The position numbers were made by a program, and so were the translations under genes. This document shows positions 1 to 10,500 of a DNA stretch of 64,000 nucleotides, piece by piece. Under the pieces are notes generated by a model. The model was not told the origin of the DNA and made no database searches. It saw nothing but the letters and a program-made list of their open reading frames with translations. Numbering within the stretch: the stretch's first letter is position 1; each line of letters opens with the position of its first letter. The DNA comes from Candidatus Poribacteria bacterium (GTDB taxonomy: Bacteria; Poribacteria; WGA-4E; UBA9662). Location: contig JAYGDX010000068.1 in the NCBI GenBank assembly GCA_046582655.1, positions 64,001-128,000 of the forward strand, in the 5' to 3' direction.

Positions 1-800
1 TAAACCGACTGTCACTACTGCCCGGATACACCGATTCACCCCTACAGCATGATCTGGATTTTCACGCTGGATTTTTCCCTTACGCTGAAATGACAGAGGA
101 AAAGATTCGTGGTGCCATGGCTTATTATTATGCGACTATTTCTCAGATCGACCATCACCTTGGACGCTTAATAGACTGTCTCAAGCAAAAGGACTTATAC
201 GATAATACACTTATCCTTTATAACAGCGATCACGGTGAATATATGGGTTATCATCACCTGTTGCTGAAAGGTAATTACATGTATGATCCACTGATCAAGG
301 TGCCATTGATTATCAAGTATCCAGATCAAACCCAGGCAGGTACTGTTTCTGACGCCTTGGTCAACACCATCGACGCGGCACCGACGCTATTGAAACAAAC
401 TAGCTGCCAAGTCCCCGAAACTATGATGGGGCTGGATTTAATGGATTCAGCAGATCAGCGGGAATTCGTTTTCGCCGAAGCTGGTCGTGGCAGCGGATAC
501 ATGGCTCGGTCAAAGACACGGAAACTTCTACTTCATCACCAGGAGAACCAATCCCAATTTTTTGATCTGGAGATGGATCCGTACGAATTGAACAACCTCT
601 TCTTCGATCCACATTGGCAGGACGAGGTTGCTGCCTTTCGGGAGGCATTGTTCAAATGGGCAATGTTTGATCATCCAACTCATGCCTACCTAGACCCAAC
701 TTCTGCCATAATTCCGGCTAGGAACGCAGTTCACCATGATGATGGACATCGAGATGAGATCTACGCTTACTTTAAAAACAAAATGAAAGGTAACGCGTAG
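1..800 (+). CDS. Sulfatase-family hydrolase, C-terminal part (5' end outside the window)
   Basis: Frame is open from position 3. Motifs YYATISQIDHHLGRL, NTLILYNSDHG, KGNYMYD..KVPLII and FDLEMDPYELNNL. Confidence 0.9.
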   Translation, partial: NRLSLLPGYTDSPLQHDLDFHAGFFPYAEMTEEKIRGAMAYYYATISQIDHHLGRLIDCLKQKDLYDNTLILYNSDHGEYMGYHHLLLKGNYMYDPLIKVPLIIKYPDQTQAGTVSDALVNTIDAAPTLLKQTSCQVPETMMGLDLMDSADQREFVFAEAGRGSGYMARSKTRKLLLHHQENQSQFFDLEMDPYELNNLFFDPHWQDEVAAFREALFKWAMFDHPTHAYLDPTSAIIPARNAVHHDDGHRDEIYAYFKNKMKGNA

Positions 801-817
801 TCGGGAGATTCTCAAAT

Positions 818-3355
818 TTGCAAGATCAAAAGACACGCTTAATCCATCTGTTACCGGTCGAACGTCAAACCAAGACCGAAACTCAGGATTTGATACGCGG
901 TTTTACAGACGCGGAATTGGCAGAGGCACAAGTAATCGTGCCAGAGAGAGAAGAACCAGGCCTGACTGCACCCATACCGAGAAAGGTTCATGTATCTGGT
1001 CGTGCTTGGGTTGCCGATCAGGGAAGAGCAAATGGCTTAAGCGATGTACGCGTCACTGATGGAGAGTACATCTATCTGACAGAAGAAGATGGCACCTTTT
1101 CCTTTATCTTTGACATGGATGATGATCCACACTGCCGTTTTGTTGTGGTCGTCTGTCCAAGCGGTTACCGATTAACAACGCCCTTTTTCCTACGCATCCC
1201 GCACGATGAAGAAACGGTAGAATACCAAGTCGACTTTGTTTTTCATACCGATATCCAAGATAGTCAATTTTCGTTTCTGGTAGCCAGTGATAGCCAGTTC
1301 ACCCGGCCAGAAGCCATGATCAGCATAGCGAAAGATTTCGCCCAGATGACAGAAGAAGCCAAAGACCTTGCGTTTCTAATGACGGTTGGTGACCTGACCA
1401 TGAGTGGCACACACTACCAGTGGGATATGTACGATCAAATTCAAGGTGCTTCTCAACTGCCGATTTATAACAGTTTTGGGGGGCATGATGGCAACTGTCT
1501 CACACCCCGTAGTACGCTCAACTACGAACTGCGGATTGGCCCGCCCTACTATTCGTGGGATTATGGTGGGGTTCATTTCGTTCAATTTGTGACCGAACAT
1601 CGGTATCTCGGTGAGAGAGGTCAGACACGGCAAGATAAGTGGTTGGAAGCGGATTTAAAAATGGTCGTACCGGAAACACCCGTTATTGTTGCCACACATT
1701 ACCCACTAAAGGCTGATTGGTTCGATCAACGAAAAGCTGAGGGCTTTAAGGTGATTTGTCAATTGGCTGCCCACTGGCATTGCGTCCAGGTCGGCAGTCG
1801 AGGGTCAGTCCCAGTCTTAATTACTGCTCCAGCCCGAGGATCGGATTGGGGATCGTATTCTAACGCTTACCGATGGGTGCACATTACCTCAAACGGTGTT
1901 CGAAGCGACCTCCGAGTTGCTGGACAATACCAACGACTGGAGGTCATTTCTCCGGCTGTTGCAACCACCCTCGGCCAACAACCGATTCGTCTGTTGGCTT
2001 ATGATTCGGCCAAGAAGGTAAAAACGGTGAGGTGTCGTCTGGCAGATCCAAATGGTGTTATCCAATCGACAGATCTAAAGCTTGACGGCGATTGGACATG
2101 GAAGGAACAGTTTAATCCACAAATTCCTGGTCAGTGGACGTTTGAACTAGATGCCACCGACCAACTCAACCAGTGTTGGCAACAGAAACATTTAGTTGAA
2201 GTCATTGATACGTGTTTAGCTGATCCTGTGATTGGTGGCGACTTTCCTTGGATCTTAGCTGGAGACCCTCCCCGCGTATTAGCAGAAGGACCGGAACCTC
2301 CACTTTATCCACTTTGGATACAGCACACTGGTTCTGTTCATGTCCTACATGCTTCACCTGTCGTCGCTCACGGCCATGTGTATGTGGCTGTAACCAACCC
2401 AAACGCGGGTGAGATCTTTCATGGAATCTGCTGCTTTGAGGCCAAAACGGGGCAGGAAATTTGGAGGAGTCCATCGCCACGAGGAGATATCCGCGGGGCA
2501 GTGACGGTTCATGAGGATTGCGTTTATACAGTGACAGGCCAAGGATGGGCTGCTGCCTATATGGCCAAAACAGGAGAATTGTTGTGGGCACAACCACTAA
2601 AGCCGGCTTATGCCGACGGTCGTCCGCTAGCCATTAACCAAACACCACCGATTCCGACAAAATTCGGCCTATTGGTAAGCGATTGGCAGTCACCACAGTT
2701 CCTGCTTAATTACCAGACTGGTGAGGAAATCAGGCAATTCGACATTGATATTGGTTATTATGCAGCCTTCGCCACCATTTTCGACGACATCCTTTACATC
2801 GCGCGCCGTTACGGGTGTTCGGCTATTCGGTTGCCTTTAGGAGAAGTGGTGTGGGAAGGTGAGGAATCTGCCCGATCAACCTCGGCCGGAATTGTTGTTG
2901 ATGGAAAATTTATATATCGCACGGCATCGAGCGTGAAGGCACTGGATACCGAAACTGGAGAAGAAATCTGGGACACACCTGTGGCCAATGCCGGGTTCCA
3001 GAACCCAATTCCGGTTGTATGGGATGATCTGGTGTTGGTCAATGGTACGCACTTTACTGCCATTGACTTGGTCACGAGCGAGATCCGATGGGAGGTTGCC
3101 TGTGCGCAAGACGCATCCAGATTTGAACGCTCCCAGCGTCAAACTATGGCCGGAAGTTCTACACCAATCGTTGCTGGAAATTATGCCTATTTTGGCCATG
3201 ACGACACCTCAATTCGAACCGTCAATAACCAAGGCCATCTGGTCTGGGTGTATCGGCTTGGTACGCCAATCAAGACTGCACCTGTGGTTTGCGGAAATTT
3301 ACTTTTTGCTCACGATTACTCAGGAAACCTGTGGTGTTTCGCGCCAACCGTCTGA
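818..3355 (+). CDS. Calcineurin-like metallophosphoesterase fused to a C-terminal PQQ/BamB-like beta-propeller
   Basis: GLSDVRVTDG N-domain; phosphoesterase-like motifs D-S-Q, GDLT, GGHDG and AHWH; repeated A..TG.E.W propeller blades. Confidence 0.8.
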   Translation: MQDQKTRLIHLLPVERQTKTETQDLIRGFTDAELAEAQVIVPEREEPGLTAPIPRKVHVSGRAWVADQGRANGLSDVRVTDGEYIYLTEEDGTFSFIFDMDDDPHCRFVVVVCPSGYRLTTPFFLRIPHDEETVEYQVDFVFHTDIQDSQFSFLVASDSQFTRPEAMISIAKDFAQMTEEAKDLAFLMTVGDLTMSGTHYQWDMYDQIQGASQLPIYNSFGGHDGNCLTPRSTLNYELRIGPPYYSWDYGGVHFVQFVTEHRYLGERGQTRQDKWLEADLKMVVPETPVIVATHYPLKADWFDQRKAEGFKVICQLAAHWHCVQVGSRGSVPVLITAPARGSDWGSYSNAYRWVHITSNGVRSDLRVAGQYQRLEVISPAVATTLGQQPIRLLAYDSAKKVKTVRCRLADPNGVIQSTDLKLDGDWTWKEQFNPQIPGQWTFELDATDQLNQCWQQKHLVEVIDTCLADPVIGGDFPWILAGDPPRVLAEGPEPPLYPLWIQHTGSVHVLHASPVVAHGHVYVAVTNPNAGEIFHGICCFEAKTGQEIWRSPSPRGDIRGAVTVHEDCVYTVTGQGWAAAYMAKTGELLWAQPLKPAYADGRPLAINQTPPIPTKFGLLVSDWQSPQFLLNYQTGEEIRQFDIDIGYYAAFATIFDDILYIARRYGCSAIRLPLGEVVWEGEESARSTSAGIVVDGKFIYRTASSVKALDTETGEEIWDTPVANAGFQNPIPVVWDDLVLVNGTHFTAIDLVTSEIRWEVACAQDASRFERSQRQTMAGSSTPIVAGNYAYFGHDDTSIRTVNNQGHLVWVYRLGTPIKTAPVVCGNLLFAHDYSGNLWCFAPTV

Positions 3356-3410
3356 ATTTTGAATTGCCCTTCATCGTCTGACCTTCTATAACCATATTCG
3401 AGGAGTGAAC

Positions 3411-4805
3411 ATGTTAAGATCCCAGTTTTATCCACTTATATTTGGAATTTCGGTGACAATAATCCTAATTGGTTGCCAGCAGAAATCGACCGATAAAAAC
3501 AGGCAGAGTACAAAAGGCAATCAGGTCACCACCTTGATTGTGCGTTGCAAAGCAAAACCACCTACTGAAGACTGGCGCGGAAATAACCTAATTGCTGCGG
3601 CAGAAGTGGTGAACGCAGAATTACAAGCGGCAGAGGATAAACGCAGTGTTCGAATTCAACTGATTCAGGATGACAAAGACTGGGGTGCATACAAGACGGA
3701 GTTTGAGCTGGCATCGGATGCCAATCAAGCCTCAGATATTATCCTTTCCGGGCATGAACATATTGGGGATTGGGCCTCTGCCAACTTGATCCTGCCCATT
3801 ACAGACAAAATACCAAACCATCCCGAATTTAGTGACGTTATTCCATCGTTATGGCAGGCGACAGAATGGAATAGCGAAAGATGGGGTATCCCGCAAGATG
3901 CCGAAGTGCGCCTCTTATACTATAGTAAACCGATCCTGCGGAAACTTGGCTGGAGCGATGAAAAAATTGAAAATCTGCCGACTCAAATTACCAAAGGTGA
4001 ATTTACTTGGCTAGACATGCTTCAAGTGGCCAAGCAGGCAGTAAATCAAAAAATAGTAGTCCCTGGGAATGGTTGGTGGCATCGTTCTCAGAATGGGCCT
4101 GACTTCTTATATTATTATTTAGCCCACGGCGGCGAAATCATCAACCAAGATGGAATTCTTGTCTTTGACCGACAGGCTGTTTTGAAAGTCTATCAACTAT
4201 TGTATTCTGCCGCCCACGAAATACGGGTGCTCTCACCCAACCTGATCGGTATGGATGCCAACGAATGGAATACCACTATCAGTACGGCTAATAGAGTGCT
4301 CTTTTGGTTCGCTGGTTCGTGGAACTGGGCTGATTGGGCCACTAACTATCTCCAGGATTTTGGAGTTGAAGCGTTTTTATTCAAAAATGTTGGGTTCGCA
4401 CCAATTCCGGCAGGATCGACCGGAAAGCCGATTACGCTGACACATCCGCTGGTATATATGATCAGTACCCAGTCGACGCATCCAGACTTGGCCTTACGAG
4501 TAATTGCTAAAGCCACAACCAGAGAGTCTAATACCAATCACGCTGTCAGCAGTGCCCATTTGGGAATTTTGAAATCTCAGAAGAATTTTCCGCCTTATGT
4601 CAAGGCCAGATTTCTTAGCGAAGTAATGTATCTCCTCAATTTCACCACTTTTCTACCAAATAGTACACACTGGGGCAGTTGGTCGGACGCGTTTTTCCTG
4701 GGAATTCAAGCGGTAGAGTCTGGGGATCTAAAACCAGCACAGGCTTTAGAGGTCATTGAAGGTCAAATCAAAAACGATCTCGGAAATCAGATCATTATTC
4801 GTTGA
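3411..4805 (+). CDS. Carbohydrate ABC transporter substrate-binding lipoprotein
   Basis: AGGAG ribosome-binding site before ATG 3411; lipobox ILIGC; WGIPQDAEVRLLYY motif; lies upstream of the permeases. Confidence 0.88.
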   Translation: MLRSQFYPLIFGISVTIILIGCQQKSTDKNRQSTKGNQVTTLIVRCKAKPPTEDWRGNNLIAAAEVVNAELQAAEDKRSVRIQLIQDDKDWGAYKTEFELASDANQASDIILSGHEHIGDWASANLILPITDKIPNHPEFSDVIPSLWQATEWNSERWGIPQDAEVRLLYYSKPILRKLGWSDEKIENLPTQITKGEFTWLDMLQVAKQAVNQKIVVPGNGWWHRSQNGPDFLYYYLAHGGEIINQDGILVFDRQAVLKVYQLLYSAAHEIRVLSPNLIGMDANEWNTTISTANRVLFWFAGSWNWADWATNYLQDFGVEAFLFKNVGFAPIPAGSTGKPITLTHPLVYMISTQSTHPDLALRVIAKATTRESNTNHAVSSAHLGILKSQKNFPPYVKARFLSEVMYLLNFTTFLPNSTHWGSWSDAFFLGIQAVESGDLKPAQALEVIEGQIKNDLGNQIIIR

Positions 4806-5040
4806 AGTTAATGATTATATTATAATCATACGCACAAATACTATAGTTATTTAGATCGGAATTTTTTTGTCGCGTTTTGCCTGAGTTCGTATTGAGGCCT
4901 CTAATATATTGAGAAAGATGGGCTTCCAAAGGACGAAAAGCAGTCAAAAGATACGAGAAGAAGCGACAGCTCTTTTCCTTTCTCTCTATTTCTTCTGGTA
5001 TAGGTAAATTGATAAAAACCAATCTAGTTTTAGCAAATTT

Positions 5041-5991
5041 ATGACGATTGACAATCCCAATACCATGCCCCACCGGAGGAAAATATGGCGGTCACTGAGT
5101 GTGTGGATCTTTATGGGGCCGGCGGCATTCTTGGTGACTGTGTTTTTCTTCATTCCCGTAGTGATCCTGATTTGGATCAGTTTAACCAATCTATCTAGTC
5201 AGAACTTCGGTAATCCCGAGTTTATTGGTTTAGCAAATTATGTCAGGTTGTTCAAAGATCGATTCTTCTTGAAGATTTTGGGAAATACCTTTTTCTACAT
5301 GGTGATAACGTTAAGCTTTTTTAACATTGGGCTGGCCCTGCTCTTGGCACTACTAACTACCCACATCAACCGTCAGGCGGGTTTTTTCTTTCGCGCTATT
5401 TGGCTGCTACCACGGATCACGCCTTCGGTAATCTACATTATGATGTGGAAACGATTAGCTGCCAGTGAGCCGTACGGTATTATCAATCAACTTCTAAGCC
5501 CGTTCGGGGTCGAAGCTCAAAACTGGCTCTGGACCAGACCGTGGCTATTCGTTATCTTGGTGAACGGCTATATTGGAGCCTCGTTCGGTATGATTATCTT
5601 TACCTCTGCTATTGAATCGGTTCCTAAAGACCTGATCATGGCGGCCAGAGTCGATGGAGCGTCAACATTGCAGATCATTGGCGATATTACGCTTCCGCAA
5701 ATGAAGTGGCCGCTATTGTTCGTGACAACTTATCAGACCCTTTCCTTATTAACCTCTTTTGAATTTATCTTACTACTAACTAATGGCGGTCCCGGCTTGT
5801 ATAAAACGGAGGTCTGGGCGTTGGCAGCTTACCATCGAGCTTTAAGAACCTACTTCGGCAACAACCAGTGGGGCTATGGCGCGGCTTGGGGATTCATTCT
5901 GGTGATCATCGGCATTATCCTGTCGGTTGTCTATTTACGTGTTTTTCGATTTAATCGACTCGTTCGAGAACCCAGAATCGATGTGGTCTAA
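5041..5991 (+). CDS. Carbohydrate ABC transporter permease (MalF/UgpA-like)
   Basis: FIGLANYVRLF; EAA-like loop AARVDGAS; multiple transmembrane segments. Confidence 0.93.
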   Translation: MTIDNPNTMPHRRKIWRSLSVWIFMGPAAFLVTVFFFIPVVILIWISLTNLSSQNFGNPEFIGLANYVRLFKDRFFLKILGNTFFYMVITLSFFNIGLALLLALLTTHINRQAGFFFRAIWLLPRITPSVIYIMMWKRLAASEPYGIINQLLSPFGVEAQNWLWTRPWLFVILVNGYIGASFGMIIFTSAIESVPKDLIMAARVDGASTLQIIGDITLPQMKWPLLFVTTYQTLSLLTSFEFILLLTNGGPGLYKTEVWALAAYHRALRTYFGNNQWGYGAAWGFILVIIGIILSVVYLRVFRFNRLVREPRIDVV

Positions 5992-5993
5992 AA

Positions 5994-6899
5994 GTGATGT
6001 TTGAAAAAACGTGGAACAAAACAGGTCGAGTGTATGGCCCTAAACGCATTTTTGGCAATATGATAGTCTATTTGCTTCTTGTTATCATTACCATACCAAT
6101 TCTAGTTGGTTATGCTTGGTTGGTCATCGCCACATTCTCGCACCGAACTGAGGGATTGCTACCCAAAAATGTTGCTGGCAATATCGGAGGCTGGACGTTG
6201 CAGAACTGGGGTTTTGTAACAAATCCCCACATTTGGCAAATGACATTGAATTCTTTTATCATCGCTATCAGCATGGTGATTGGGGTTGGATCGATTTCAT
6301 CACTGGCAGGTTATGCGTTGTCCCGAATGAATTTCATCGGTCGGAGAGGGTTCCTGTCGATGACTATCGTCCTGCACGCTTTTCCTAGTGTCACTTTGCT
6401 AATCTCAATTTTCTTTGTCCTAAGATTTATCACCAATATTCCGGGAATTGGTTCGGTCTTAGGTTACAATACTGCTGGTGGTATTGCGCTGGTGATGATT
6501 AGTTTGGATCTCCCTCTGGGAATCTGGCTAATGAAAGGGTTTTTCGACAACGTCTCATGGGATACAGAGCAATCGGCTTTGATTGATGGGGCTTCACGAC
6601 TCCGCATTTGGTGGGAAATTATTCTGCCACAGATCAAGCCAGGGTTGGCCGCGCTGGCTATTTTCACCTTTCTAACGGGATGGTCGGCCTACCTTGTACC
6701 AGCGACTTTCACGATTGGTACTCAGATGGCGAATTTACCGGTTTATTTAAATCAACTACAAGGAGACACAGCGTTGACCAACTGGAACATAGTGGCAGCG
6801 GTAGGTCTGTTTCAATTGGTACCAGTCCTCATGTTCTTCATCTTCTCCCAGAAATTACTACTGAATATCTACTCCGGCGGTGTCAAAGGCGGAGTTTAA
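5994..6899 (+). CDS. Carbohydrate ABC transporter permease (MalG/UgpE-like)
   Basis: LAGYALSR, SALIDGASRLRIWWEIILP and C-terminal GGVKG. Confidence 0.93.
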   Translation: MMFEKTWNKTGRVYGPKRIFGNMIVYLLLVIITIPILVGYAWLVIATFSHRTEGLLPKNVAGNIGGWTLQNWGFVTNPHIWQMTLNSFIIAISMVIGVGSISSLAGYALSRMNFIGRRGFLSMTIVLHAFPSVTLLISIFFVLRFITNIPGIGSVLGYNTAGGIALVMISLDLPLGIWLMKGFFDNVSWDTEQSALIDGASRLRIWWEIILPQIKPGLAALAIFTFLTGWSAYLVPATFTIGTQMANLPVYLNQLQGDTALTNWNIVAAVGLFQLVPVLMFFIFSQKLLLNIYSGGVKGGV

Positions 6900-6916
6900 A
6901 CGCTGTAAAAAAAGCG

Positions 6917-7987
6917 ATGAAGGTCCAACTCGAAAATTTGACTAAGCGATGGGACGATGTCATCGGTGTAGACGCAATCAACCTTGAAATAAAAGATGGT
7001 GAATTCGTTGCCCTTCTGGGACCATCAGGTTGTGGTAAAACAACGACCCTTCTGATGGTTGCTGGGATCTATCAACCTACTTGGGGAACTATTCGTTTCG
7101 ACGATCGAGTGGTAAACTATCTGCCACCTAAGGATCGTAATATAGGGATGGTATTCCAGAGTTACGCGCTTTATCCACATATGACGGTAGCACAGAACAT
7201 TGGTTATTCGCTTAAGCTGAAGAAGGCACCAAAAATTGAGATCAACCAAAGTGTCCAGCAGGTAGCGGATAAGATGGGAATTGGGGATCTGCTTCACCGG
7301 AGGCCATTTCAATTGTCAGGTGGACAGCAACAGCGAGTAGCTCTGGGGCGTGCCTTGGTCAAGGAACCCGCGCTTTTACTGTTTGATGAGCCTCTGTCTA
7401 ATCTGGATGCTCGCCTGCGCCTCTCGATGCGTCGGGAGATTAAGCGGTTGCAGGTTGAACTGGGGATTACGGCACTCTACGTCAGCCATGATCAAGTGGA
7501 AGCCATGACGATGGCGGACCGAATTGCGGTGATGAAAGATGGTAGGATTCAGGACTATGCCACGCCCGACAAGCTTTATAATCAGCCAAAAACAATCTAC
7601 ACTGCGGGCTTTATTGGTAACCCTCCAATGAATTTTTGGCAGGTGGAGATTAGTCAGGCAGACGGACAATTTCAGGCTCAAGGTGGAGGTGTTTACTTGA
7701 CCTTACCGCCTGAAAAGGGGACAGAGGCGATTGGTGCTAACCCTGTCACTGTCGGTATACGACCTGAAGACATTATAGTATCGGATCAAGGTGTATCAGG
7801 CGAGGTTGTTTCTGTTGAGCCTCTTGGTCGTGATGACTTGATTGGTGTTCATATTGGAGACATTGAGGTTCATGCACTTGCAAACCCCAAGCACAATTTC
7901 AGTGAAGGAGGTCACGTTAAACTGAATTTTAACACTCAAAAAGTCCAGCTTTTTCATTCGGATACCGGGCGATCACTTCTCTGGTGA
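6917..7987 (+). CDS. Sugar ABC transporter ATP-binding protein (MalK/UgpC-like)
   Basis: Walker A GPSGCGKTT, signature LSGGQQQR, Walker B LLFDEP and GIRPED. Likely start is ATG 6917 (MKVQLENL). Confidence 0.95.
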   Translation: MKVQLENLTKRWDDVIGVDAINLEIKDGEFVALLGPSGCGKTTTLLMVAGIYQPTWGTIRFDDRVVNYLPPKDRNIGMVFQSYALYPHMTVAQNIGYSLKLKKAPKIEINQSVQQVADKMGIGDLLHRRPFQLSGGQQQRVALGRALVKEPALLLFDEPLSNLDARLRLSMRREIKRLQVELGITALYVSHDQVEAMTMADRIAVMKDGRIQDYATPDKLYNQPKTIYTAGFIGNPPMNFWQVEISQADGQFQAQGGGVYLTLPPEKGTEAIGANPVTVGIRPEDIIVSDQGVSGEVVSVEPLGRDDLIGVHIGDIEVHALANPKHNFSEGGHVKLNFNTQKVQLFHSDTGRSLLW

Positions 7988-7998
7988 GAATTGGCCTA

Positions 7999-8700
7999 CT
8001 AAAAAACTTCAACTTCTAAATCGTCAAACCATGATGTTCCTCTCCCATCCTGACGGAGGTAGATATAACTCGCACTGATCTCTGGTGATGGCAGTCTATG
8101 AATTTCAATGCTGACGCGGGGCTGTTATTGGTTCCCACTAATTTCTGTGAACAGATGTAAGGGTAATGTTGCGGATAATTATAAATACCCTGCGAAGCGC
8201 TAGAGGCGCACCGCGACCATCCAGCTCCTCAGTTTTATGTAAGCACTGACACGGAACCTTGTCAGTTATGTCCATTTCTGAGTCTGACACCGTCACTCTC
8301 TTGATTCATAACCCACTCATTGGGATCATCAATGTCCTTGAAGATTTTCAGTGAGAAGTCGTCAGATTTCCAAAATCTTGGCACCAAATTGTGCCATCGC
8401 CCTGTGGCAACTACGGCTAAGGATCGGTATTACCTGAGGTTGGTTAGTTCAACCGAAGTCCCTTTTCAAGACTGTTAAAAGCTCGTAAAGAGGCAGTTTC
8501 TCAAAATCGTTTTAGCTGACAGAGTCGAATCCGAAACGAGCAGAGGGAATTATACAATTCTCAGCGTGGTAGTATCCAGTAAAGTGAGTGTCGTAGCCCC
8601 AGTTGTACACACTAATCAGGGGATAGGAAGCGGTCTCACCAACAAATTCAAAAGTCGGGTTGTCACCCTATTCGTAAACCAGAACAAAAATGAATCACAC
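7999..8700 (-). pseudogene. Degraded gene remnant ending in a CBM4/9-like carbohydrate-binding domain
   Basis: Manual minus-strand translation gives protein-like blocks broken by stops and frameshifts, including KTEELDGRGA and a terminal SYIYLRQDGRGTSWFDDLEVEVF*. Confidence 0.5.
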
Positions 8701-8863
8701 TTCTGGTAGGATTGAAGTGCGTTCGGCTCTGGGAAGGATGGATATAGTACGAGTGCTATTAAGGGAAAGTTATGAGTACAGGATTCTCTTAACTTATGAT
8801 ATAGTGAATCAGATTCTTAGAGACTCGATTAACTGCTGTTGATGATAATTCCGGAGATGGTTG

Positions 8864-10388
8864 ATGAAAAACCGAGTTATCGCTGTACTGGTGTCAGTCT
8901 GTTTGCTATCTTTTTTTACCCTTGAGGCTGAATCTGCTGAAAACGAATTACCTGATCAAGAATTGTCGCGACTCCTCAGTCAGTTGCGTGATGGAGACAC
9001 CGAGACTCGTATTGATGCTGCCGTTGCTCTGGCGTAGATGGGCCAGATTGCGAATCAGGCATTCTCCTCCCTAATCCTAGCCTTGAGTGATGACGATGCC
9101 TAGGTTCGAGCGACTGTTGCCTATGCGCTGGGTCAAATTGGTGTGTCGGATAGAACTGCTGTTCTGGCTTTGGTTAAATCACTGAGTGATGTTGATTGGA
9201 GGGTTCGCCGTGACGCAGCTGATGCACTGGCCGAAATTGGTGTGCCGTCCGGTCCCAACCGAAAGGCTAGAGGTCGTTTCCCCTTTAATCCGAGCCTTGA
9301 GAGATGATAATCCCCAAGTTCGAGCCAATATTGCAAATGTCTTGAGCGGCATTGGAGAATCTGCCAAACAAGCAGTTCCCACTTTAATCCAAGCCTTACA
9401 TGATGGTGATGTACAGGTTAGAGCTAATACGGCAGACGCTTTAGGAAAGATTGGGCAACCACTGGAACAGATTTTGCTGGCGCTTATCTACGCCTTAGAT
9501 GATAATCAAGCTCTCGTTCGAGCAAACGCTGCGGACGCCCTCGGTGGAATAGGTCAACCAGCTAAGCAGTCTGTGCCCGCATTGATAAATGCTGTCAATG
9601 ATGAGGACAAGTGGGTTCGGATCAATATTGTCATGGCGCTAGAGTTAATCAAAGAACCTACAGATGCGGTTGTTACCTGCTTGGCGGCCACTCTGGATGA
9701 CGCGGACCAACGCGTACGAAGTTTTTCAGCTATTGGGTTGGGCGGTATCGGCCAGGCAGCTAAAAAAGCGGTTCCCACTTTGATACGGGCATTGGATGAC
9801 CGGGTAACCGAGATACGTGTCAACGCGGCTGAAGCCTTGGGATTGATAGGACATCCTTCGAAACAAGCAGTTCCGAGTTTATTGGAATTATTACAAAATC
9901 AATATGCTCAAGTGCGTGGAAGTGCGGCCGACGCTCTTGGAAGAATTGGGCATCCAGCCGAAGAAATTGTATTAGCGCTAATACAAAGGTTGAACGATGA
10001 TGACAGTAGAGTTTGCAGAGTCGCGACTATTGCTTTAGGAAGGATTGGTACGTCAGCCGAGCCCGCTGTTCCACGCCTGATCCAGAAACTGAAAAGCGAT
10101 GATATCCAGATCCGCGGTTTATCCGCCATAGCCCTGGGAAATATTGGAGCCGTTGCTGCACCGGCGGTACCAGACTTGATTCAAGCATTAAACGATCAAA
10201 ATGAAAAGGTTCGTGGAATGGCGGCTATGGCTTTAGGAGGCATCGGGGAACCTGCTAAATCAGCTGTTTGGGCATTGATACCAATGCTGAATGGTGAAAG
10301 CAAGCGGATCCGCGATTTTACCGCCCAAGCATTGGAGGCAATCGGTACTGTTGAAGCACGATCAGCCCTAAATCGTTATCGTTGGTAA
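8864..10388 (+). pseudogene. Signal-peptide-bearing PBS-lyase HEAT-repeat protein, disrupted
   Basis: GGAG then ATG 8864 gives MKNRVIAVLVSVCLLSFFTLEAESA. In-frame TAG at 9035 and 9101 and a +1 frameshift near 9250 lead into the 9186..10388 frame, which has many AVPxLIxALxDxDxxVRxxAAxALGxIG repeats. Confidence 0.85.
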
Positions 10389-10500
10389 GGGTATGGACCA
10401 AGTCCCTATTGTCAGTCACTAGAATCCTCTCATCGAATAAAAAGTAACTATCCAGACAATCGAACCAAAATATGTTCGGTGGTCTTAGATCAAGAACTTT

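Noticed and set aside
6608..6916. Long N-terminal extension of the ABC ATPase in the ORF track
   Set aside because: It overlaps the permease in another frame; ATPase homology starts at ATG 6917.
8195..8300. Lysine-riboswitch-like AGAGGCGC
   Set aside because: The downstream conserved elements are missing, and the region is better explained as a minus-strand pseudogene.
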